Source of the DNA: Octopus vulgaris
Lineage: Eukaryota
Assembly: GCA_951406725.2 (NCBI GenBank)
Contig: OX597835.1
Coordinates: 22,134,001 to 22,198,000 of the forward strand
Length of the DNA stretch: 64,000 nucleotides
Direction: 5' to 3'
The notes under the pieces were generated by a model. That model made no database searches, was not told where the DNA came from, and saw nothing but the letters and a program-made list of their open reading frames with translations. Shown here piece after piece: positions 12,300 through 25,184 of the stretch (its first letter is position 1; each line of letters opens with the position of its first letter). Made by a program: the position numbers and the translations under genes.

Positions 12300-13850
12300 T
12301 GGATCTTCACTTTAGCGTTATCATTAGAGTTCTTTCGTCACATTCTATGACCTCTTCAGTGACTTTCTGTTCCTCGTGTCTCTACTCCTCTCTGGTCTTG
12401 TACTGCTCTTCCATTTTGTTTTTCTGTGGTATGTAACCCTATATACGCATCCGGTTATGTCTGTAGCTGTGTGTGTGTGTGGGGGGAGGGTATTAGTCCA
12501 TTCACGTTTTCTGTTAAGGCTCGGTCTTTTTTCTGTTATGTGTATGGCCTCCGTAATTTGTCCGAGTGTCGTGTCTGTTCTATATATCGATAAGATCCTA
12601 ATATATATGTTATCTACCGAACTCCCTATGCTCTAGTTTAACATGTTAGTAGAGCACCGACGAGCTTTTCTCCTCTTTGAGTTCCCGCTAGTGTTTACTT
12701 ATCCTCCTACCTATGCTACAGGCTGTCTCTCCACTATACATCGTTGTCCTGTTTCTGCACCGACCCTCTGTACGCCTTATATGATAGACTATATTCCTGG
12801 TTCTGAAGTTTATCTGTGGTCTTACTTTACACACTATACAGTTCCTATCAGGGGGTCCTACAGAGGGATTTTATGAAGGTACCTGGCCTTTCCACTACTT
12901 TTATTTGTAGATTCGTTTTACCTAAAAATGATAGCTAGTTCACCTCCAAGGGTAGCATTGACGAACATGACACTCTAGTAGTTTTGGCTGTCATCCATGA
13001 GTGGCCTTGCCTATCTTCTTCGTTCTTTCTATGCTGTTCTATGATTTACTTCCATATAGCGAAGCAAATCCCGTTTGCGTCATTCTCCAAGATGTCTTGA
13101 ATTTAGCCATGGATCCTTCGCACACCCTGATTTTTTGTCTCTTTGGTTGTATACAGAGAATTGCATGCGGTGGATGAAATGCTGTACGTGTCTCACTAAT
13201 TCTGTTAGCATGTACATGCGGGACACGTTTGTCATCACCTTTACGAAATTCGCTATTACGTTATTAAAACTTGGCATTATCCACAATTGCTGCATCCCAA
13301 TGGACCATATATTAGGACGCTATAGTGAGAGTGGAGAATCTAGACCTTGTTATTCCTGGTTTCCAACCAGAGCTCAGTGTCTAAAACGGGTAGTCTGTAG
13401 TGGGGTGATTACTAGGGTAATCTACTGTCATTTTAATAATCTGGTGGATGGAGTTGGTTACTCGCTGGATGTTCTCCATGGTGCTTGCTTCTAGTTCATA
13501 GTTGTCTTGTGAAGGGGCTTTTGCATGGTTCGGGCTCCTCTTCCACTATACCATAAAGAGGTTTTCCACATCGCCAGCGATACTGACACCGATGACTGCA
13601 CCCTGTTCTTGAGCGTATTTTATTACCAAACTTAAACATGTGGCCCTTTAACGTAATTGTAGTACTCGCACCTACCGCACGTGCGACCATTTTTCTCACC
13701 TGATCATAGTTTTCGGGGGTCCGTATGGCTCTGGTTCGCCCATTCCATCATTCTATAAGGGTTTTCTTGACCATCGAGGAGATAGTAGGGACTACTGGGG
13801 CAGAAATAGCTAAGGTCGTGCTTGTCCAGGCACTCTCGACGTCATGTTCG
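12300..13850 (-). mobile_element. Decayed Penelope-like element (RT plus C-terminal GIY-YIG plus 3' pLTR with hammerhead), Naiad-like by motif recall
   Basis: Minus-strand motifs HMFKFGNKI..GA/IGVSIAGDV..LFMV, IKMTVDYPSNHP..LPVLDTELW, FIHRMQFS, VMFVNAT.GGELA, IKVVERPG, NCIVCK, NIVYHI...Y.GETACSIGRR and QITEAIHI..LNRKREW, with many stops and frameshifts. Confidence 0.85.
12322..12364 (-). ncRNA. Hammerhead motif in the PLE 3' end (partly decayed)
   Basis: Minus strand GTCA CTGAAGA G GTCA tagaatg TGAC GAAA GAACTC, about 130 nt downstream of the PLE ORF end. Confidence 0.65.
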
Positions 13851-15472
13851 ACGGAAAAACACACCACTTTCATATCGGGATGAAGATCCGAGAGATGAGA
13901 TGGATGTTCAGGCGCATTATCCAGAAGCAATAAAATCTCGAAAGGAATTCCTCTCTCCAAACAATATCCACGAACTTGAGGAATAAAACAATTCAGAAAC
14001 CAGTTTTCAAACAGTCCTCGTGTCATCCATGTTTTAGGCTGAGAACGAAAGTAGACGGGTAATGTGGGCTTATCTACATTCTTGAACGCACATGGGTTTT
14101 TCTGAGTGGTAAATTAAGGTTTCAGCTTAAACCCTGCGATGTTCCTGCCAAGCAGCAGAGTCAACCTGTCCTTAAATGCTTTAAATCCAGACATGCATTT
14201 GGCTTCTCTGTTTATGTAAGAGCGTACTGGCATGCGTTTCCAAAACACTCCTTTTTCATCCATGTTAAAATTCTGCTCTGCTAGATAGCCTTCATCCGTA
14301 ATTATTTCGTTCAAATAGCTAACAAAGTTACCTATTTCTTTATTACCCACAAGGGGCTAAACACAGAGGGACAAACAAGGACAGATATAGGTATTAAGTC
14401 GATTACATCGACTCGAGTGCATAACTGGTACTTAATTTATCGACCCCGAAAGGATGAAAGGCAAAGTCGACCTCCTAAGAAAGTCACCAACTGCTTCCTC
14501 GTCTGCACTCGCCGCTTCTTCAGTCACTCGAACATTATGAACTTGAAATCTTTCTTTAAATCTTTTGAACCAGCCAGTACTTGCTAAAACTTCTTGACTG
14601 TATTCTTTTCCGAAACGCTCCTTTAGAGTCTGAAATAGACTTTTGGCCTTTGACTGCACAGTAAAAAGACTTAACGGTGTCCATTTCTATATCTGATCTT
14701 CAATCTAAATTTGTAACAATTTTCCCATTTCGTGGGTGGGCCCAATCCGCTGTTTTGTTATAACTTAAAAAAAAAAAGACTCCGCCGGTTACGACGACGA
14801 GGGTCCCAGCTGATACGATCAACGGAACAGCCTGCTCGTGAAATTAACGTGCAAATGGCTGAGCATTCCACAGACACGTGTACCCTTAACGTAGTTCTCG
14901 GGGATAATCAGCGTGACACAGAGAGTGACAAGGCTGACCCTTTGAAATACAAGTACAACTCATTTTTGCCAGCTGAGTGGACTGGAGCAACGTGAAATAA
15001 AGTGTCTTGCTCAAGGACACAACGCGTCGCCGGGAATCGAACTCACAACCTTACGATCATGAGCCGAATGCCCTAACCACTAAGCCACGCGCCCTCACTG
15101 TTATAACTGTAGATCGCGTGGGTGCTGAACCTTTCACAGCTTCACGAATCCTTTCTTCATCCTTCAAAATTGTCGTAACAGTAGAGTGTGATAACTTGAG
15201 TTCATGTGCGATCTCATTCACTTTCTTTCCTCCTTCGTCTGTCCTTGTTTGTCCCTTCTATGTTTAGCCCCTTGTGGGCAATAAAGAAATAAGAAACCTA
15301 GGGTAAGCGTTTATTAGCTGACATCATCCGTAGACGGGTTAATTTCTAGGTAATTAAACCCACTAGATTTCAACTGGACTATTTACTCTTGCTGTCGGGA
15401 GCTGGCGGGGGGTCAATGGTTGTAAAGTCGATTGGTCACAAGTCGGATAGATCGTAAGTCGACGACAACCTG
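13850..15472 (-). mobile_element. Decayed Tigger/pogo DNA transposon, interrupted by SINEs and truncated by the PLE
   Basis: 5' TIR TA|CAGGTTGTCGTCGACTTACGA ending at 15472. HTH EIAHELKLSHSTVTTILKD, CENP-B-type ASTGWFKRFKERF, and DDE motifs FNMDEKGVFWKRMP, KDRLTLLL and ILLLLDNAPEHP. Confidence 0.92.
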
Positions 15473-16554
15473 TAAATATCAAATGAATAGAACATGTGTT
15501 TATTGGCAAAAAAATAAAAATGAAAGATAACTTGAGTTCATGTGTGATCTCATTCACTTTCTTGCCTCCTTCGTCTGTCCTTGTTTGTCCCCTCTATGTT
15601 TAGCCCCCTTGTGGGCAATAAAGAAATAAGAAACCTAGGGTAAGCGTTTGTTAGCTGACATCATCCGTAGACGGGTTAATTTCTAGGTAATTAAACCCAC
15701 CAGATTTCAACTGGACTATTTACTCTTGCTGTCGTCGGGAGCTGGCGGGGGTCAATCGTTGTAAAGTCGATTGGTCACAAGTCGGATAGATCGTAAGTCG
15801 ACGACAACCTGTAAATACCAAATGAATAGAACATGTGTTTATTGGCAAAAAAATAAAAATGAAAGATAACTTGAGTTCATGTGCGATCTCATTCAGTTTC
15901 TTGCCTCCTTCGTCTGTCCTTGTTTGTCCCCTCTATGTTTAGCCCCCTTGTGGGCAATAAAGAAATAAGAAACCTAGGGTAAGCGTTTGTTAGCTGACAT
16001 CATCCGTAGACGGGTTAATTTCTAGGTAATTAAACCCACTAGATTTCAACTGGACTATTTTACTCTTGCTGTCGTCGGGAGCTGGCGGGGGTCAATCGTT
16101 GTAAAGTCGATTGGTCTTAAGTTGGATAGATCGTAAGTCGACGACAACCTGTAAATATCAAATGAATAGAACATGTGTTTATTGGCAAAAAAAAAAATAA
16201 AAATGAAAGATAACTTGAGTTCATGTGCGATCTCATTCACTTTCTTTCCTCCTTCGTCTGTCCTTGTTTGTCCCTTCTATGTTTAGCCTCTTGTGGGCAA
16301 TAAAGAAATAAGAAACCTAGGGTAAGCGTTTGTTAGCTGACATCATCCGTAGACGGGTTAATTTCTAGGTAATTAAACCCACTAGATTTCAACTGGACTA
16401 TTTATTTACTCTTGCTGTCGGGAGCTGGCGGGGGGTCAATCGTTGTAAAGTCGATTGGTCATAAGTCGGATAGATCGTAAGTCGACGACAACCTGTAAAT
16501 ATCAAATGAATAGATATGAACATGTGTTTATTGGCAAAAAAAATAAAAATGAAA
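15190..16554. repeat. Four-copy tandem repeat, unit ~336-346 bp (Tigger 5' end plus SINE scrap plus flank)
   Basis: Units start gataacttgagttcatg at 15190, 15526, 15865 and 16209, and are nearly identical. Confidence 0.97.
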
Positions 16555-16859
16555 GAAATTACCCTTTCCAAAAATAACAATATATTCGTTTTGACGCACA
16601 ATTTCATAAGAATTTTGGAAACAAATACGTCAAACGTCTTTCTCTCATTTTCTTTATCTTATCACACACTCTCTACCCTTCTCTATCTCCCTCTTACTCT
16701 CTTTCTTCACATGCTGTTTCTCTCTTTCTCCCCTCCTCCACACACATATATTCCTTCTCTGTCTCTCTCACCGTCTTCCTTTTTACCTTCTCCTTCTCTT
16801 TCTCATTCCTTCTCTTTATCAATTACACATATTTACGTCGTCTTCTTCACGAACGTATA

Positions 16860-17022
16860 CAGTACTGCATGACGTTCTCGCATACCATTGGTCGATTACC
16901 GATTTTCTGAATTGACGTCATACGGCACTTCCTTCCATGTGGTGTCATTAAGCGAGCGAGCTTCGCCAGCTTTTGTTGTCTCACGTTTCTCTCTCTCTCA
17001 ATCTTTCTGCTACAGAACCGAT
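16860..17022 (+). promoter_or_regulatory. Probable ALAD proximal promoter / 5' UTR
   Basis: CpG-retaining unique DNA just upstream of the ATG, with ATTGG (reverse CCAAT, ~16887), a perfect CRE palindrome TGACGTCA (16913-16920) and an ETS-like CACTTCC (~16926). A pyrimidine tract plus cag at 17013-17015 could alternatively be an acceptor for an upstream non-coding exon. Confidence 0.55.
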
Positions 17023-17144
17023 ATGGCATCTGAGAAGGAGCATAAGGTTCTGCACAGTGGTTACTCACATCCCGTCCTTAGAAATTGGCAGACCAATTCG
17101 GCCAGTATATCGGCTGCTAACCTCATATATCCACTCTTTGTTAC
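17023..17144 (+). CDS. ALAD: ALAD (porphobilinogen synthase) coding exon 1
   Basis: Translates [41 protein letters not shown], matching the animal ALAD N-terminus (VLHSGYxHPxLRxWQ...NLIYPxFVT). Ends AC|gtaagt (phase 2). Confidence 0.95.
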
Positions 17145-17424
17145 GTAAGTAAAAGACTACTTGTGATTGATCCTTCATGCCATGCCGTTATTTCTCGTCA
17201 GTTAACCCTCTTAGCCAGCTTGTGGTAGTCACTCGTCCGTCTGATCGTCCACATTGCCTTCCGCTTTCACCCTTTTTCTCACAGTGAATCAATACTTACA
17301 CACACACATCTCGATATATCTCTCTATATATAATATATATATATATTATACACACACACACATATCTGTACTCACACGTGTTTGTGTATATATGTATATA
17401 TTCATCTCCACAGACACACATCTG

Positions 17425-17780
<356 letters not shown>

Positions 17781-20639
17781 GCAGAGGCAGAATGAGTAAG
17801 ATTAACTGTGTTTTGGGTTTCTCTAAATGTATTAAAAACACTATAACATATTTAGAACACTATTTCAGAAAATTATCTCCGTTCCGAGCATACAAAAGAT
17901 GAATTTAGTTGAGGCATAATGAGTAAGTGAAGATAGGTAAATTTACCTTTTCAATTCTCCAGAATTACGTTTGAAAATTGATCCATACTCATTAATATAC
18001 ATCCTTAGGCTTCGGAAATGCAACAAAAATGTAAACGTATTGGTCAAATGAAAGAGGATCATGGAAAAATGGCACAGGATATGAAATTAACGAAACTCGA
18101 CTAGGTCTAAAAACTCAACATACAACATTCTACATAGCTTCTTAGCGATCAGCTGGAGTGGCTTTCTTCCTCATTCAGAAAAAGTATTGAAATTAGTCAT
18201 TACTCATTATGCCCCACCTTAAACTGAATAATTATATAATAGAACATTAACGTTTGGGGTAAAAAATAACTTGGAATCCCAAAGAGATGTGAATATTGAC
18301 TGTTAAATACCAAAAATTTTCAGAGTTGAGGAATAATTTCTTGGGGGAAAAAACAAACAAACCTACCTATCTTATGTTTCAATCTCTCAACTTCACCAAC
18401 ATCTCAGCTGACCAGTTTCGACTCCTAACGGTGATGCAACACGTGCAATATAATGATTTAAAATTGATCAGGAGAAAATAAGGAGAAATCACAAATTACT
18501 CATTTTGTCCCTACCCCCCTGTCAACTGTTACACGCGTTAACATCTAGACATACAGCAGAGTGTATAGTGCCAGTCCAAATGGACATTTATTTCAATATT
18601 GGATAAGATGCTTTGACATTTCCTTTACTGGTTCTTGTTCTCTGCGTTGTGAGCTGGAAATTCCATTCAGGTGCCGATGGTCAGGACTAATTGCTCTGAC
18701 CACGAGGGCAATTGGCCAGCGTGGAACAGGTATTCGTATTAAACAGCCAGCAAAGGCAGGCTAAGGCTTTTTTCAACAGCGGTGGACTAACAACGAATGT
18801 GTATGTTTATATATATATATACATATATATACACACACATATATATAGTGATGTATGTATAGCGGGGATGCTAGAAGTAACGGGAGAGATACAACGTGAT
18901 ACATGTGTGTATACATTTTTTTTAATCAGCAGAAATGTGCACGCATGCATATATTGAGTTATATACACATAAACAGATTGTGTATGTATATAGACGCATC
19001 ACCGCGTCATCTATACTTACATTTGAACATATATCATTATATATGTACGCACACACACACCTATTTCTCTATATGCACATGCACATCTGTGAATGTACGG
19101 TTGTCATTCATGTGTATACGTTATCCATCTGTATAATACTTATATACGGATGTATATATGCATTGTTACACATATACACAGATTTTCGTCCATCCATCTA
19201 TCTCTACACACGAAATATAGTCATATGTACATTGTCATATGTATGTCTATGTATATATACATACATATATATACATATATATAGTGTAGGGTGATAGGCG
19301 ATGTGTTTCTTAACCATTTCCCCGCCTATGAACCACTTTCATCCCCACTTTACATTCGATGTTTAAAAATTCCTATTATATTTCTATAATTAAATATTAT
19401 CAGGAATTGTATTTAAAAAAGGATGTTGAAATATTTAAAGCATTGTAGAAGTATAACGAATTTATTATACATAAATTTTAACAATAAATACTCAACACTC
19501 GCCGCAAGGGATATTTGAACCCTGGTTGTGATCCTCTGGGCCGTACAACGCCACATAAGCTTTATGTATAAACAGGAAAGTGATCCTAATGTTTAGTGCG
19601 GGAGTACTTGTCACAGCTGGACAATTAAACCGTCTTCATCCAAGGATATTTCCGTATCTAATTCAAATGATGCTGTATAAATCAAAATATATTTGTATTG
19701 GCTTTCAGTATGAGATTGTATATAACAGTTATAATTGTACACCCAGCTCGATTATTAATATATGATTTTGTGTGTGTTTAGTATTTAGCTTTTCAGCCAG
19801 CCTTGGAAGAGACGTGCTGCATTCATTCAGAAATTGTTTGTCCCATTTTCGCAAGCACAGCGTCCATTCTGTTACTGGTTCCATTCCATACCAGGACGTC
19901 ACTTCCATGGAGTTTTTAATCACATTGGCCCATGGACTTATATTTCTATCAAGCAATGATTTTTTTTTTATCAGTTACTGATTACCAAACTACTAAGGCA
20001 TAAAAGGATATTATTATTTTAAACAACGCCGGTTATTAGAATGTAAACAGACAAACATCGCCACGATCGTTGTTGATCATCGTCACTTTACGTCTGCTTT
20101 CCGTGTTGGCATGGGTTGGACGTCGTGAAACGGACTTCGAAACTGTTTAATCATTTCCACGTTCGTTTTATTTTTTCCATGCTTGCATGGGTCGGGCGGA
20201 GTTTATGGAGGTTGCTTTTCCACTGCTGGATGTCCTTCCTGTCGCCAACCCTCACCTTTTTCCATGCAAGGTTAATGTTTCCCCATGTTCAGACAGGTTT
20301 ACGCTAAATATTGGGAAGGAATTACTCTCATTGGCAACAATCACCCAATGTCACGACAATGAAACAGTAACTCACACATACTTCTATACACACACACACA
20401 CACACGACGGGCTTCTATCGGGTTCCGCCTACTAAATCCACTCACAAGGCTTTGGTCGGCTCGGGGCTATAATAGAAGATACCTGCTCAAGGTGCCACGC
20501 AGTGAGATTGAACTCTAAACCATGTGATTGGGAAGCGAACTTCTTACCACACAGCCACCCTTCTAAATTCCATTATGGGATCAAACCAATCAACGGCTGC
20601 AACTGCATAGCCGTGTCCATGACTAAACACACACACACA

Positions 20640-20689
<50 letters not shown>

Positions 20690-22248
20690 CATACACGTAC
20701 ATCCTTTTATATATACCGAAATTTATGCCCACAATATGCTATCTCTTATAATATGGATCACTTGAGTAGTCCACATATGTCTACAAATATTGTAGGGTTT
20801 CGCATACAAGAATTTGAGAAAGTCCTCGTTAACCAAGATTGTCCGTGCAGTTAGTAGACGAAAACTCCCTCGGGGTGGCGATGCTGAAAAATCTAAAATC
20901 AAGGGAGATAATTTCACTAAAACCAGTTTATAGAATTTCTTTTCAGAAACTATAGAAATATAAATACCAGGAGCTGATTGGGTCTTCAAAGACAGCCGTG
21001 AAATAGGTCATCCGTAAACGCACTAACAGACACGAAAATCTGCATAGAAACATATCTGTTATAATGTATGTCGTTATCGTTTTAACATTTAAAAAGCAAT
21101 GGTGCTGGTGCCATGTTAAAAGCCCTGATGCTGGAGCCACATAAAAAAACACTCATATTGGTGCCATGTTAAAAGCACTAGTGTTGGTGCCACATAAAAA
21201 GCACCCAGTACACTCTGGGGTGGTTGGCATTAAGAAGGGCATCCAGCCATAGAAGCCATGCCTGAACAGACAATGGAGCCCGGTGTGGATCTTGGCCGTA
21301 CCAGTTCTGGTCAAACTGCCCATCCCATGCTGGCATGGCATGGGATGGGCAGTTTGACCATTCTGTCTATTGTAATATGGTTTCTATGGCTGGATGCCTT
21401 TCCTAATGCCAACCATTCAGCAGAGTGTACAGGGTGCTTTTTATGTGGCCCCAACACCTGTATTAATTCTGCTGTGATGGACAGGTCTTTATGAGTACAA
21501 CAAGGAGCCAGATATCTCGGTTCTTTGTCATCTGCTTCATAAGGCTCAATGTCTTGAGATTGGCCTTCAGTACTTCTTCATCCTATGCCTTTAGATCCTG
21601 GTCTTTAGATTTTCTATTATTATTATTATTATTATTACTATTATGGCAGCAAGCTAGCAGAATCGTCAGCACACTGGGCGAAATACTTAGGGCTATTTTG
21701 TCCACCACTGTGTTGTAAGTTCAAATTCCACCAAGGTTAACTTAGCCTTTCTTTCTTTTGGGATCAATAAATTAAGTGATGATGCCTTTCCTAATGCCAA
21801 CCACTCTGCAGAGTGTACTGGGTGCTTTTTATGTGGCCCTGTATTAATTCTGCTGTGATGGACAGGTCTTTATGAGTACAACAAGGAGCCAGATATCTCG
21901 GTCCTTTGTCATCTGCTTCATAAGGCTCAACATCTTGAGATTGGCCTTCAGTACTTCTTCAACCTATGTCTTCCTGGATCTTCCTCAAGTTCCATCTATT
22001 TTGAGTGATCAGCACTTCATACTATCGTATCATCATCCAATATATTTCTGCATACAAATACACTTTTGTTGACACACATAAGAATATACATGTATATCTG
22101 TTTTTGACCACACGCACACACACAAATTCATTGTCATCATCATCATCATCATCATCCCATGCTTATGTAGGTCAGACAGAATTTCTCGAGGCAGATTTAT
22201 ATTCTATGGCCTTTCCTATTGCCAATACTAACCTTTCACCGTGTAAGG

Positions 22249-22449
22249 CAGTGGTTTTCAACCAGGGTTCCGCCAGTACAGTCCAGGGGTTCCGCAAGAA
22301 GTTATAAAACTGCTAAAATCGGCAGTAATTTTTAATTCTCTTGTGCAGATATGTGTGCATAAGACTATTAAATTATTGCACAGGGGTTCCTCGAGCCAGT
22401 GGAATGTTTCCTTGGGGTTCCGCTCCAGCAAAAAGTTTGAAAAGCACTG
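22249..22449. mobile_element. hAT-type MITE (201 bp)
   Basis: TIRs CAGTGGTTTTCAAC / TTTGAAAAGCACTG and 8-bp TSD GTGTAAGG / GTGTATGG. Confidence 0.85.
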
Positions 22450-23120
22450 GTGTATGGTAATGTTTTCTCATAGCTAGGCGTGTCCCGCAGAAGACTCGTA
22501 GCAAACAACCTCACTTATATAATGATGATGCATTCACAATCACCTTGTGATGTCAAAACAGGTTTTCACATGTATGCACACAACAGGCTTCTTTCAGTTT
22601 CCATCTACCAAATTCACTCTGAAGGTTTTAGTCAGCCCTGGGTCTAGAGTAGAAGACACTTGCTCAAGATGATGTGCATCTATATATACTTCTGTTCCTT
22701 TTACTGATTTCATTTATGCAGTTATACCAGGGCATCACCTTCAAGGTTCTATCCACATAATATTTGGTTTTAGATTTTGACACCAGACCAGCTATTTCAT
22801 AGGAAGGGGTAAGTCAATCACATTGATCCCCAACTGCTCGACTGGTACTTAATTTATTGACCCCCCAAAAAGAATGAAAGCCAAAGTTGACCTTGGTGGA
22901 TTTGAACTCAGAATGCAAAGATGGATGGAATGCTGATAAACATTTTGCCCACCATCCTAACGATTCTGTCAGCTCACTGGCCTTCTGAATAATTAACACC
23001 ATTTATTCATTTCAGTTTATTTTAGTCTTCCTCTCATGGAAGTGGTTTTTGCCTTCCTCTCCAGTTTACAAATCACTCCCCTGCTATCTTTATATAACAA
23101 GTGGTATTTTCAGAACTAAA

Positions 23121-23350
23121 GGCGGCGAGCTGGCAGAAACGTTAGCACGCCGGGCGAAATGCTTAGCGGTATTTCGTCTGCGTTATGCTGTGAGTTCAAA
23201 TTCCGCCGAGGTCGACTTTGCCTTTCATCCTTTCGGGGTCGATAAATTAAGTAACAGTTACGCACTGGGATCGATGTAATCGACTTAATACCTATGTCTG
23301 TCCTTGTTTGTCCCCTCTGTGTTTAGCCCCTTGTGGGTAATAAAGAAATA
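23121..23350 (+). mobile_element. SINE family B (tRNA-like head plus Meta-like domain), 17-bp TSD
   Basis: GAGCTGGCAGAAACGTTAGC...GAGTTCAAATTCC head. Central GCCTTTCATCCTTTCGGGGTCGATAAATTAAG resembles the MetaSINE/Sauria domain. TSD GGTATTTTCAGAACTAA at 23103-23119 and 23351-23367. Confidence 0.88.
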
Positions 23351-23527
23351 GGTATTTTCAGAACTAACATTAAGCAATTAATAGAAATACAAGATATTTT
23401 TTTAATATGTTAGTGTCATATTTTTTTCTCTCTCTAGTATGAAACTAATATTTAAACTTTCACCACGTCAATACAGTCACAGATCTGGTCTTTAGATTTT
23501 CTATTATTATTATTATTATTATTATTA

Positions 23528-24380
23528 TGGTGGCAAGCTAGCAGAATCGTCAGCACACTGGGTGAAATACTTAGGGCTATTTTGTCTACCACTGTGTTGC
23601 AAGTTCAAATTCCACTATGGTCAACTTAGCCTTTCATTCTTTTGGGATCAATAAATTAAGTACCGGTGAAATACTGGGGTCAATGTAATCAACTAGTCCC
23701 CTCCACCGCATTTCAGGCCTTGTGCCTAGAGTAGAAAGGATTATTATTATTATTATTAAGGCAGCAAGTTGGCAGAATCGTTAGCATGCTGGGCGAAATG
23801 CTTAGCGGTATTTCCTCTATCTTTACATTCTCAGTTCAAATTCCACCGAGGTCGACTTTGCTTTTCATTCTTTCGGGATCAGTAAAATAAGTACTGTTTG
23901 GGTACTGGGGTCGATCTAATCGACTGGCCCACACCCCCAAAATTTCAGGCCTTGTGCCTATAGTAGAAAAGAACTGTTGGCACACTGGACGAAGTATCTT
24001 ACCTATACGTGCAGTATCTTACCTATTGCTACATTCTGAGTTCAAATTCCATTGAGGTCAACTTTGCCTTTCGTCCTTTCAAGGTCAATAAAATAAGTAC
24101 CAGTTGACTACTGGGGGTCAATGCAGTTGACTTACCTACTTCCCACAATTGCTGGCCTTGTGCCAAAATTTGAAATCATTATTATTATTAAGGTTGTGTT
24201 AATTGTTAGTATGCCAGACAAAATGCCTCTGAGCATTTTGTCTGTGTTTATGATCTGAATTCAAATTCCGCAGAGGTCAACTTGTCATCCTTTTGAGGTT
24301 AATAAGTACCAGGGATACACTGGAGTCGATGTAATCGACAATTTTTCTCCTGCTCACAAATTTCAGGCATTGTGCCTATT
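23528..24380 (+). repeat. Cluster of four older family-B SINEs separated by (ATT)n
   Basis: Repeated head, Meta-like body and CAGGCCTTGTGCC tail. Confidence 0.8.
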
Positions 24381-24394
24381 TTTTCTTTTTTTTT

Positions 24395-24726
24395 GTTTCA
24401 GTCATTCGACTGTGGCCATGCTGAAGCACCGCCTTTAGTCAAGCAAATCGATCCCAGGACTTAGTCTTTGTAAGCCAAGTACTTATTCTATCGGTCACTT
24501 TTGCTGAACCGTTTAGTTACGGGGACGTAAACACACCAGCATCGGTTGTCAAGCGATGTGTGGGGTACAAACACAGACACACAAACATATATATATACAT
24601 ATACATATATATGACAGGCTTCTTTCAGTTTCTGTCTACCAAATCCACTCACAAGGCTTTGGTCGGCCCAAGGCTATAGTAGAAGACACTTGCCCAAGGT
24701 GTCACGCAGTGGGACTGAACCTAGAA

Positions 24727-24770
<44 letters not shown>

Positions 24771-24925
24771 GACGGGCTTCTTTCAGTTTCTGTCTACCAA
24801 ATCCACTCACAAGGCTTTGGTCGGCCCAAGGCTATAGTAGAAGACACTTGCCCAAGGTGCCATGCAGTGGGACTGAACCCGAAACCATGTGGTTGGTAAG
24901 CAAGCTACTTACCACACAGCTACTC
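24395..24925 (-). mobile_element. SINE family A with an internal ~160-bp duplication
   Basis: Reverse complement of the 4990 copy; segment 24610-24730 is repeated at 24770-24888. Confidence 0.88.
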
Positions 24926-25184
24926 TTGTTGAAAAGATTATCATTGTTATTATTATTATTATTAGGTGATGAGCTGTCAGAATTATTAGCATGCTGGACA
25001 AAATGCTTAGCAGCAAATTGCAGCTTGTCCAAGATGTTACACAGTTAGATTGGTCCCAGGAGCATGAGACAGTCATATCTGCACCTATGCTTATTAGATC
25101 TCACACACACATCAAGCTAAGTGAGATCGCGTGGTTGTGGCCAGTGCCGCATGAATGGCACACCTGTCGGTGACATGTAAACGA

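Noticed and set aside
8601-12691. Interpretation as a 4-kb DNA transposon with 220-bp TIRs
   Set aside because: The right arm continues seamlessly into the PLE coding region, and no TSD or matching transposase is present.
19729-21152. Short unique-looking ORFs and possible minus-strand splice sites (19729-19956, 20723-21152)
   Set aside because: No recognisable protein similarity, and I could not build a consistent multi-exon frame.
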